DNA of 64,000 nt. It comes from Eledone cirrhosa (Eukaryota). Location: contig OZ024760.1 of assembly GCA_964016885.1 (NCBI GenBank), positions 34,968,001 through 35,032,000 of the forward strand, in the 5' to 3' direction. Within the stretch, counting starts at the first letter, position 1. Every line of letters begins with the position of its first letter. This document shows, piece by piece, positions 26,426-37,199 of the stretch. The position numbers and the translations under genes are program-made. Below the pieces are notes generated by a model, which ran no database searches, was not told where the DNA came from, and was given only the letters and a program-made list of their open reading frames with translations.

Positions 26426-28388
26426 AATTCCATATATGGTAAAAGTGATTGTCACAAGGATTGGTCAAAAGTTTGTTATTTCTATCATGGCATTTTGTGG
26501 AAGGTAGGGGTAGCTGAACTTGCCAGTAGAAGAAAGAGGGAGAGGGAGTGGAGGAAACCTAGTCGAGCGTTGAAAGTGACAACTACAGCAGATTCTAAGG
26601 ATAGGAGGTTGAAAAAAAGTATACTAGAGAAGGGGAGGGGGGAGGAAGTCGAAACAATAAGTAAATCTATATGGAGTAAATATATAGAAAAATATAAAAA
26701 ATATAAAAAATATTAAAAAAACATAATTTCTGGTTACTATTCCCCTTCCACAATCATCAAATCTCTCACTGGTACTGCCAAGCTATAGAAAAGTTTAATA
26801 GGTGGGACGGAATACTAAATACGAGATTGTAGTGAAAGAATTTTATGAGTTATTAGTAATCGGCCAAATCTATCTTACAATGACAGGTCAACAAGTAGGG
26901 GGCCAAAATACTAAAAAAAAAAAAAAAAAATAGTACGAAATAATTAATCAGGGCCCGAAACTAATACAAAATATTAATTCAGATTCCCGAAACATGAATA
27001 CTAATACGAAATATTAATTCAGATTCCCGAAACATGAATACTAATACGATATATATGAGTACTGCTACAATACATAAATTCTAATACAAACTACATAAGT
27101 GCTCGTACGATATATATGAAAAACTAATACGAAAAATTAATTCAGAATCCCCCCCCCCCTCTCCCCCACACACACACCAAAAAAAAAAAAATAAATACTG
27201 ATATACGAGAAACTAAAGCAGAAATACCACAAAGAAATCTAGAAATCACGGAAAAGGGGCAGCAATCAGAGAAGAAAGCAAGTATCTGGGGTCTAGCACA
27301 TCTGCTATAAAAAGCGGAATCGGCTAATTCTATCATAGAATAAGGGGGGGGGTTACTGAGGCTACAGAGGACCGAAGGGCTGCCTCGGGGTGGGCGAGAA
27401 GGTGAAAAGAACGACGACAAAGAAGGAGATCTGAGGTGGAAGGACTAGGATGGGATGGGGGAAGAAGGAAATATAGATGTCGTCGTTCTTTTCACCTTCT
27501 CGCCCTCCCCGAGGCAGCCCTTCGGTCCTCTGTAGCCTCAGTACCCCCACCCCCCTTATTCTATGATAGAATTGGTCGATTCCGCTTTTTATAGCAGATG
27601 TGCTAGACCCCAGATACTTGCTTTCTTCTCTGATTGCTGCCCCATTTCCGTGATTTCTAGATTTCTTAGTGGTATTTCTGCTTTAGTTTCTCGTATATCA
27701 GTATTTTTTTTTGTGGGGGGGGGGGATTCTGAATTAATTTTTCGTATTAGTTTTTCATATATATCGTACGAGCACTTATGTAGTTTGTATTAGAATTTAT
27801 GTATTGTAGCAGTACTCATATATATCGTATTAGTATTCATGTTTCGGGAATCTGAATTAATATTTCGTATTAGTTTCGGGACCCTGATTAATTATTTCGT
27901 ACCAGTTTTTTTTGTTTTTTTTAAGTATTTTGGCCCCTACCTGTCATTGTAAGATAGATTTGGCCGATTACTACTAACTCATAAAATTCTTTCCCTACAA
28001 TCTCGTATTTAGTATTCCGTCCCACCTATTAAACTTTTCTGTAGAGATTTGATGATTGTGGAAGGGGAATAGTAACCAGAAATTGTGTTTTTTTTATATT
28101 TTTTATATTTTTTATATTTTTCTATATATTTACTCCATATAGATTTACTTATTGTTTCGATTCCCCCCCCCTTCTCTAGTATACTTTTTTCAACCTCCTT
28201 TTCTTAGAATCTGCTGTAGTTGTCACTTTCAACGCTCGACTGGGTTTCTTCCACTCCCTCTCCCTCTTTCTTCTACTGGCAAGTTCAGCTACCCCTACCT
28301 TCCATAAAATGCCATGATAGAATCATGTGTCTCAATAACAAACTTTTGACCAATCCTTGTGACAATCACTTTTACCATATATGGGATT

Positions 28389-28484
28389 ACCCCCTGAGAA
28401 GTTCGGCTATTCATTTACCAGGATAAAAATGTTCATTTAGTCCAGAATTAGCTGTCGAAACGGCTTGAGCTCAGCCGTCGGGGT
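28389..28484 (+). ncRNA. Hammerhead variant with CUGAGAA core (family H)
   Basis: Same architecture; 5-bp stem I, extended stem III, GUC cleavage triplet at 28477-28479. Confidence 0.72.
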
Positions 28485-28575
28485 CCTACTCGTTCCTATT
28501 ACCCTCTCTACTACCCTAAGTATTGAGTACTTTGGTGCGTTATGGTCCATCTGGTTCCTTACCACATTTCCTTCG

Positions 28576-28609
<34 letters not shown>

Positions 28610-28614
28610 GAGAT

Positions 28615-30387
28615 GTAGGTCCATATCTTCCCCGGATTCTTCATAAACCTTAGGTTGGTCGCTATTAAGTTCGCCTCCAGCAGGGTGTCTCTCAGTAGTC
28701 TTCCATTTCGGTTGGTGTTATTATGGAAGTACCAGCAAGGATCTTCACTGCCCTCGTTACTCAGATGTGCATTGAAGGTCACCCTCAACACTCACGGGGA
28801 GACAGGCATTATTTCCCTCACCAATAGACTGGTTTTTGTGCTGAAAACAAGACCCACTCCTCCCACTGCAGCATTGGTCATGTTCCTCACTGCCAATGTG
28901 GTGATGAGCTGGCTCCTCTTCCCAATCATCACACTCCCCACGGGCTCATCGTGTAGGATCCTGTGTTCTTGGATCGCAAGTATCTGTATACCACTCTCCT
29001 CGAACACATGTCCCAATCCTCTCTCTTCTCCAGCGTCCGAATAGTCCTCACATTCAAAGTGCCCATTTTGATGGCTCTTCTGTAGGACAAAACTGCATTC
29101 TTTATATTTGTCTCAGAGACAGCTGATCCATCATCCGCTAGCCTTCTCTGTGGCTCTAAGCCAGCAGTGTCATAACGACCAGACTGCTCCTTGACAGTGT
29201 AATTAGGGGCTCTAACCCTAGTGCTGTTAAATCGACTCTCCATATTTCTTTTCAATGCTGGCAATACCTTACCAGAACGGCTTCGGAGAGGGAAGATCAA
29301 CCACCACTCACATCCTGATGCTGGGGAGGATATTAGAGGGAGCTAGAGCAAAGTGCCTTCCTGTGGTCATGGTTTTCATTGACTTTAGGAAGGCCTTTGA
29401 TTCTGTGGACCGTCACTGCCTGATGAAGATCTTACAGGCTTATGAAATCCCCAAGAAGATAGTGGACCTGATATCACTGCTCTACACCAACACCAAAGTC
29501 CAAGTCATTACACCTGATGGGATGACAGAGTTCTTTGACATACTGGCTGGAGTGCGCCAGGGAGATACATTGGCTCCCTACCTTTTTATCCTCGTAGTGG
29601 ACTATTGTATGCGCCTTGCACTTGAGAAACACCAGGACTCTGGCTTTACTGTAGCACCGGCTCAGAGCAGGAGAGTTAAGGCGAAAAAGGTATCAGATGC
29701 TGAATTTGCCGACGACATGGTTTTGGTGACAAATACAGTGAAAGAGGCAGAGGATTTGATGCGGGAGGTTGAGACTGTGTCGATGAGTGTGGGGCTGAGA
29801 ATGAATGAGACTAAAACAAAATATCTGGTAGAGAATGTTGAGAAGCTAGAGGGGATTACTAATGTAGGCGGGAAGCCGCTGGAATTGGTTGATTTGGGAG
29901 CAAAGATTGGGAATACAGAAGATGATGTGGTTGAGAGGAAGAGCAAAGCCTGGGCGGCGTGCCACTTGAGATCGGTGTGGAAGTCTGTGCTGCTGTACGG
30001 GTCTGAGACTTGGACACTGACCAAGAAACTCACCCAGATGGTGGATGAGTGCTACACGAGAATGCTGAGGATGGCTCTGAACATTAATCAGTATACACTG
30101 AGGATGAAAAACTCAGAGCTGTATGGGAGCCTCCCAAAGGTCAGCTCAAAAGTGACACAGAGGAGACTGAGGTTAGCTGGACATGCTCACCGACATCCAG
30201 AGTTGACATTGCACTCAGTGCTCCTGTGGGAGCCCCTACATGGACACACTGGAAGAGGAAGACCAAGGTTAACGTATGTTGATGCCCTAAGGACAGACAC
30301 TGGTCTGTTGGAGACGCAGGACATGGCAGCGATAATGAGGGACAGGGACCGCTGTAGAGAACTCGCTGGAATTTTACCCGCTCTAGA
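28615..30387. mobile_element. RTE-like LINE with inverted 5' (APE) segment joined to a sense RT/3' segment
   Basis: 28615-29270 (-): KMGTLNVRT, ILAIQEHR, GGVGL, FNAH, NRNG.LL. 29270-30387 (+): QNGF, FIDFRKAFD, GVRQGDTLAP, FADD, LLYGSETW, RRLRLAGH. Confidence 0.85.
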
Positions 30388-30422
30388 ATATATATATACA
30401 CTTATGTATATAAATATGCACT

Positions 30423-30483
<61 letters not shown>

Positions 30484-30551
30484 GTAGAACACTGGAAGGT
30501 AATATCCGTAGTGGTAGAGCACTCAGTCCATGGGACGAGTTAGGTGGAAGT

Positions 30552-30650
30552 GGTTACACAACAGTTAGTTCACCTTAGCGGATCCTCAGCTCGTAATCGC
30601 TAAAGTGAAACAATTGTTCTCGGTATGGTGAATTAACTGTTGTGTAACCT
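30552..30650 (+). repeat. Small fold-back pLTR remnant carrying the 3' half of an HHR
   Basis: GGTTACACAACAGTTAGTTCACC..GGTGAATTAACTGTTGTGTAACC arms enclose TTAGCG..CGCTAA-AGT-GAAA-CAATTG-TT; no CUGANGA. Confidence 0.55.
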
Positions 30651-30686
30651 ATATATATATATATATTTATTAAAATAACAGATTAA

Positions 30687-30737
30687 AGTTGAAGCAAATA
30701 ATCGCTGCTTTCACCCTTAACGAGATCTTCTGAAACT
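30687..30737 (-). ncRNA. Hammerhead variant with CAGAAGA core (family I, 3' pLTR)
   Basis: AGTTT-CAGAAGA-TCTC-GTTAA-GGGT-GAAA-GCAGCGATTATTTGC-TT-CAACT. Confidence 0.7.
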
Positions 30738-31739
30738 AACAAAGTCAATCTGTGAACGCAGAAGTGAATATTTCAAAAAACGTTGCAACCGAAGGAAGAC
30801 AGGAAGACGATACTTTGGTCCGTGGAAACGTTCCCTGGCAAAGAACGTGAAAAAACGAATATAATACGTCATTATTTGGAGCGGTGAAAAACAATTACAC
30901 GCAAAGACAAAACCACGTTTGTGGTATAAAAGAAGTCGTAGACTAATATTCTATTAGGTGGTTCATAGAGACGTTCTCTGGCAATGAACGGAAAAAACGA
31001 AGATAATACGTCATATGTGGATCGAGGAGAACAATTACACGCAAAGACAAAACCACGTAAATGGTATAACTGAAGTCGTAGACTAAAATTCTAACTAGGA
31101 AACCGAATGATTCTCGGCTTCAGAGTTAAGAATAACGTAAATAAAATACAGAGGTAATTGAAATTAAATAAATACATACACGCATCCATATACGTACATA
31201 CACAAGCATACGCGAAAACACTCGCCATAGGTATACAAATACACGCATGTACACAAAAAAAACCCGCACGCACATACAGAACCCACGCAACGCCTGTACC
31301 CGCCCGCATACGGATGTATACACCAAATACACATAAAAATATATATTAAAAAAAAATATATATATGTGTGTGTGTGCGTGTATACATATAATTAAATAAA
31401 CGTATATAAATAAATACGTATATAACAAGCGCACACACATACCTACATGTAAATACACATATGTTTGGAGACGTACGTCAACCAAAACACAAAATACACA
31501 TATACACACACCCTACATACGTATGAACCCGCATACTCACACAGACGCAAAACTCTCGTATACACATAACCAAAAGCATATGTACCAGAATATATAATAT
31601 ATATGCCATAACATATACAATCAAATAAACGTACGAGAAGGCATACGTACCTTCACAAAACATACAACACATCAACACGTAAAATATCCGCGTATAGTTC
31701 GTACTATCCGTTAGGGTTAAATGTGGGGCTGTAATACAG

Positions 31740-33832
31740 GAAAGTTTTGTGGATTTATGTTTACAAGCCGAAATTGCCTCAGATTTTTTGTTTAAGATGT
31801 GGTGTTTGGCGTAGAGTATTTCCACGGCCTCAGCGGCGCAGAGGTCACATGGTCTTTTATTTCCGTTATATAATCTAGCCCTAGCTAGGATCTCCCAGTG
31901 TAACTTATATTGGGTGTGGTTGTCTTTTAGACTCCAGATATGAGCTGAAAGTGACGTCATATTCCTTCTTAAAGGGTTACGAAAAGAATGGGCATGCATG
32001 TAAAGACGCTGCTTGAATCTATTGGCGGTTAACCCTATGTAGGCCCTACGGGATGTGGGTGTTTCAACCTTACATTTGTAGACAAAGTTACTAGAGAGGC
32101 ATTTCCCGGATATGGGCAGTCAACCAGATTCCTACAATTACAGTTAGTACTAACTACAGGGTGGTACGTGTTCCTACGGCTAGGTAGTTAAGCTAAATTT
32201 GAAGCTGTGATGTTATGTGCAAGGTTAGGAGTCGTAGAGTAAGAAATTTTAATAGTATTTCTATTAAAAATGTTACTATATTTATGTGTAGGGGGAAAAT
32301 GCTTCATAGTAAGGGAGAGAACGATCTTAGCTAATGGTGTGGCCACCTCCATATTATATGGTGAGTTATACCATATAATGCGTCGGGATCTATTTCTTCT
32401 AGGTCTATTCTCGTACTCTGTATATGCTACCTTATCGACAAATCCACTCCGAGCAAGAGCTTCATTGTAATATGTGGAATGGTCGTTGAAAATATGCTCG
32501 TTAGTAGATAGACGAGAAGGCCTCAAAGAAACGTTTCTTACCAGGTTCTTGGTTATGCTGGCAGGATGGTTAGAATGCTTACTTATGTAATTAAGCGTAT
32601 CATTCGGGTTTTTATACGGGTAATGCAAGCCATTCGATAAATTGAGAGTAACGTCGAGGTAATTAACGACCGAGAGGTTGACTTCAACCTGTATGGAGAA
32701 GTTGAAGCCTTTAAAGAAGGCCGTGAGTTCTTTTCTGAACCTGTCGCAAGCACGTGGGCCGCACTTAGTCATGGTCAAAAGACCATCATCACGGTACAAA
32801 CCACCGCCCACGTTGGGGAATTCGTCCTTGATAGAGAAAAGAAGGAAAAGGCCGATAAGATCAGTAACCTCCGCAGAATCGCTGGCGCCCATACTCACGT
32901 CGAATGGGGTACTATTGGATTTTTTAATCCAAATAGAGTCGTCGAAATTAATCACCAACTTACGGGCATTGAGGATGACATCAACTTCGAAATTCTTAAC
33001 CACTGTGAGTGTTTTAGCGAAATTGATAGCTCTAAGGAGAAGTGGTAAAGTGATGGAGGAGTAATTATTATTGATGTCGAATTGGATAAAACGGCAATGT
33101 TCCTTGTTGCATATGCCGTTGAACCAATCAATCACCGCGAAAGAATTGTTCCACAGTGCAAGAGGGGCCAAACTTCTAATTTCAGGTATAATTCTATCAA
33201 GAATCCTTTTACTAAGTCTACCTAAATCGAACTTCATAGGGTTAATAAGCCGAATAGAGGGGTTGTTCGGAAAATTGGATTTGTGATCCTTCAGGGTAAA
33301 GTGGGGAGAAATAGGGTCCAGAGGTTCAGTCCGATCCAGGATGTTGAGATCAGAGGTGATTTTAAATCCAGCATCGTTGATTTCATTAATGACGCTCCGA
33401 TTAGTTTTACGGTAATCCTTAGTTACAGCATTATGTAGCAGTTGATGGTAAGTACTGCGCTCCACTTGATATAGATTGCCAGTTTTGTCGGAATGGACGT
33501 GCACGGCATTAGAATCCTTAATAGAACGAATTCTATTCTTCAGGTCCTGCTGGAACGAATTGCTCCTATTCCGAAATTTGATACTCCGTATGAGTTCCAA
33601 GACATCATTTTCGAAGGGTATCAATGCTGTGTTACTCGGAGGGTATTTTATAGGTTTTAAACCCAAATTTATCCTGTTTGTTGTCTGCTTTTCCCTGATT
33701 ATCGAAATAAAAGGCACGCCAACGCAACCTTTTAATGAACGCGTCTGTTTTCTGTATCAGGAGTTTTAGGTATGTTTTCCTGCTTGGTACGGGTATGTTC
33801 TTTGTAGAAATATTCACATGTTGTTTCTGCAT
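31740..33832 (-). pseudogene. PLE RT + GIY-YIG ORF with a few frameshifts/stops (CxCx5C type)
   Basis: STKNIP..FIKRLRWRA; SDKTGN; RLINP; FIQFDI; FDVSMG; GLYRDDGL; NYLDVTLNL; SNHP; IIWYN; CNCRNLVDC; FVY..YIG; CDLC. Confidence 0.92.
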
Positions 33833-33986
33833 GATGAATATAAGTAAATGGAGTGCTCAACCAAGGGAGCCAAATAGTAATAATAATAAATTTGAAGACT
33901 AAAATCCAAAGAGGGCTCGATAAGGATAAATATATATCAAATATATAAGAACCGTAGAGCAAATATTTATTAAAATAACAGATTAA

Positions 33987-34037
33987 AGTTTAAGCAAAGA
34001 ATCGCTGCTTTCACCCTTAACGGGATCTTCTGAAACT
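33987..34037 (-). ncRNA. Hammerhead variant with CAGAAGA core (family I, 5' pLTR)
   Basis: AGTTT-CAGAAGA-TCCC-GTTAA-GGGT-GAAA-GCAG..TTGC-TT-AAACT; perfect stem I. Confidence 0.78.
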
Positions 34038-34214
34038 AACAAAGTCAATCTGTGAACGCAGAAGTGAATATGTCAAAAAACGTTGCAACCGGGGGAAGAC
34101 AGGAAGACGATACTTTGGTTCGTGGAAACGTTCCCTGACAAAGAACGGGAAAAAACGAATATAATACGTCATTAATAGGAGCGGTGAAAAACAATTACGC
34201 GCAAAGATAAAACC

Positions 34215-34582
34215 GGGACCAATTCAGGTGAAATAATTGTGCCGTATTGTTGTTATAAGCTGCGAGTGTGATTTTTGTCATGGGTGGATAAGCACGAGGC
34301 TCAAGCCTTGGGTGTACCTTAAAGGTGATGCCAACATCATTTGGGCAAAGCTGATGGAATATTTTCCACATCATGCAGATAATGTAGCGCTCACGGCGAC
34401 GTTGGAGAGAATAAAGGTTGAGCTTTTCTAATCGACTCCAATAGTCAAGGCCTGTCATGCTATCTATCTTTTTTGTAATTGACCTTTGGGGTGCTTCAAC
34501 TTTCATGATACTTTGTTTCGTGTGGGGTGACCACAGTGGACAACAGTATTCAAGGTGGGGCCAGGTAAAAGTGGAGAAGAGA
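34215..34582 (-). mobile_element. CR1-clade LINE fragment (post-RT region)
   Basis: PHLEYCCPLWSPH..KVE..QR..TK.I....LDYW.RL.KL.LYSLQRRRERY.I...WKI. Confidence 0.85.
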
Positions 34583-34583
34583 A

Positions 34584-34646
<63 letters not shown>

Positions 34647-34745
34647 GTAGGAGGTGAGTTTTATTGTAGTACAATAAAGCAATGCAGATATCGGATAAGA
34701 AGCACTCTACAGTTTGTAGGACTGGAGTATACATAATATATATAT

Positions 34746-36430
34746 AAGAACAAAAGATGGTTAAAGGAGTTCCATGTATTTTATTATGCGCATTTCAAAA
34801 ACAAACATCATCATGCAATAATATTTGTGTTTTCATCAGATAAAACAGGAGGACATGATATGAAGGCTAAAAAACACTTGTGGATAGTACAGTTTTAAAT
34901 CAACATATGAGAAGTAGTTTTAGATTGATGTGTGATATTGGGAAAAATATTTTATTTAGAGGGGGGTGGGTGGAAAGGATGAAAAAAAAAGAGGAGGAGA
35001 TGAGAGTGAAGGTGGAGAGGGAGGAATATAATGAGGAAGGATGAGATAGGAGGAGAGATGGGTGATAGAGAGAGAGAGATAGTTTTTATAACTGAGAAAG
35101 TTATATTGTTTTACATAGAGAGGTTGAAAACCGTTGGAAGATAATGTATAAATTAAAAGAATTTGAAAATTAACGAAGGGAAAAATATGTACGAAGAAGG
35201 AGAGGGAGTTAATATGTATTGAGAATAAAAAGTTTGATGATAGAGAGAAGAGAATAATGAATTGCGGATGAATATTCTAACGTCAAAAAAAGTGTGTATG
35301 TTTACAAGTATTATGGAAATTTGAAAATTAACGAAGAGAAAAAATGTAAAGTTAAGGTTTGTATATTGAAGGATTTGAGAAAAATAATGTGAAGTTGAGG
35401 TTTGTATATTGAAGGAATTGATAATATGTGCGAAGAAAAAGTTAATATGTATTGAGAATGAGTTAGATGATAGGGGAAAAAAATATGTATTGTGAATGAG
35501 TTAGATGATAGGGAGAAAAAAATGAATTAAGGATGAATAATCTGGCGTCAAAACAAATGTATATGTTTACGAAGGATTTTACAAGGTGAAAATAGAGTAA
35601 GGGTAATGAGTAAACAAGTGTTATAGAGTGTATAATACCCTTTGAAATAAGGTAGGAAGATGGGTATATTTTAAAAGAGGTGTATGTATATGTGCCTTTG
35701 AGAAAAAGATTCTAAATTGATAAAGAATTGAATATTTTACAAGGTGAAAATAGAGTAAGGGTAATGAGTAAACAAGTATTATAGAGTGTATAATACCCTT
35801 TGAAATAAGGTAGGAAGATGGGTATATTTTAAAAGAGGTGTATGTATATGTGCCTTTGAGAAAAGATTCTAAATTGATAAAGAATTGAATATTAGCTGTA
35901 TACTTTGTGAAATGTTTTATGGAATTTATGCAAGCAGATAGAAAACAAGTCAGTTCGTCTATTTATTATAGAATCTAGATTAGAGATAATGGTAAATTTT
36001 TCATTTAGGCAGAGATTGCAGATTTTAGATAGAGAGCTGTTCAAGTATGAAGACGCAGAAGAAACCTTCTTCCAAAAGATGGTATATTTAATGTTTTTGT
36101 CTTTCAAGGACCATGTGAGTTCTGAGAGAGCCGTGTTGGTTCTTTTAAGTTTGTATTTAAAAGATGAATGATGATTATAGAGACGAGCTTTAAAAGAGGT
36201 GGAAGTGGAGCCAAAATAGGTGAAGGAATTGGTGCTAGTTATAACTTTACATTCATAAATTAAGTTTTTATCAAGACAATGGTTGTTGAGAGGACATTTA
36301 TTTTTAATAGGGCAATTGCAATTAGAGAGATTATTAATGAGTGACCTAGTGTTATCTATAGAAGGAATTGGATTGGAGAAGTTGTTTGCGATAGGAATAA
36401 TAGTTTCTTGATTTAGAGTTGATTTAGAGT
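34746..36430 (-). mobile_element. 5'-truncated PLE: GIY-YIG (35892-~36330), long CT-rich 3' UTR with a ~158-bp tandem duplication (35577-35892), and HHR pLTR
   Basis: CNCPIKNKCPL..NLIY..YFGST..FK.R..NH..SF..TALS..W.LK..CNLCL.EK..INRR..LFS.C.H. Confidence 0.88.
34779..34845 (-). ncRNA. Canonical minimal type I hammerhead motif (family J)
   Basis: TTTTAT-CTGATGA-AAACACAAATATTAT..ATGATGTTTGTTTT-GAAA-TGCGCA-TA-ATAAAA; perfect stem I; palindromic loop III. Confidence 0.85.
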
Positions 36431-36454
36431 TCTTATATATTATATATATATATA

Positions 36455-36681
36455 TTAAAATACCAGATTAAAGTTTAAGCAAAGAATCGCTGCTTTCAGC
36501 CTTAACGGGATCTTCTGAAAGTTTCAGAATATCCCGTAAATGGTGAAAGCAGCGTTTCTTTGCTTAAATTTAATCTGTTATTTTAATAAATATTTGCTCT
36601 AGAGTTCTTATATATTTGATATATATTTATCCTTATCGAGCCCTCTTTGGATTTTAGTCTTCACATTTATTATTATTACTA
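36455..36681. repeat. Fold-back solo pLTR of the family I PLE with two back-to-back HHR motifs (36472-36520 minus; 36520-36570 plus)
   Basis: TCTTCTGAAA-G-TTTCAGAATA centred on 36521; 36520-36681 matches the reverse complement of 33875-34037. Confidence 0.85.
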
Positions 36682-36884
36682 TACCACGTTCCAACCATCC
36701 ATCCATATCTTCCAGGTATCTCTCTATTTCCCAATTGCAAATGTTCCGCTCACACTATTATTGTTGTATTTATCATTTCACTAGCCTCCACAACACATCT
36801 ATTTTTTTACCCTCGTTTTCTTTCCCGTGCTGTCTCTCTACGAAGTCATCTACTCCCTTCCTCTCTCTTACATTATTATTAGTG

Positions 36885-37080
36885 CGGTGGATTGGCAGTA
36901 TTAGTAGAGGTCGGACGCCATGCTTTGCAGCAAAGAGTTACGTCCCTTTATGGTCTGAGTTCAAATCCCGCGGAGTTTAACTTCGCCTTTCATCCTTACG
37001 GGGTCGACAAAATAAAGCACCAGTAATTACCACTGGGGTAATTACTGGCCTTGTGCCAAATGTAGAAACAATTATTATTA
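36885..37080 (+). mobile_element. tRNA-derived SINE (Meta-type central domain), near full length
   Basis: A-box-like TGGCAGTATTAG; B-box GAGTTCAAATC; GCCTTTCATCCTTACGGGGTCGA core; GGCCTTGTGCCAAA..GAAACAATTATT tail. Confidence 0.8.
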
Positions 37081-37199
37081 GTGTTGTATTTATCATTTCG
37101 CTGTCTCTACGAAGTCATCTACTCCCTTCGAAATCCTAACATTAACATTTCACCTTGCCTAATATAGGTACTCCTATCGGTCTATTTTGCCCTGAGATG

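Larger units (their letters stand above)
26316..28578. mobile_element. 2.2-kb fold-back PLE 3' UTR/pLTR pair (arms ~1.05 kb, ~60-bp spacer)
   Basis: 26316-27419 is the reverse complement of 27478-28499; an HHR-like motif near each outer end; both ends at (TA)n. Confidence 0.88.
30665..34214 (-). mobile_element. Near full-length Penelope-like retroelement with direct pLTRs
   Basis: 30665-30915 is directly repeated at 33965-34214 (offset 3300); RT + GIY-YIG ORF between; 3' end in (TA)n. Confidence 0.93.

Noticed and set aside
36885-36970. tRNA gene (A/B boxes)
   Set aside because: No cloverleaf; it is the head of a multi-copy SINE.
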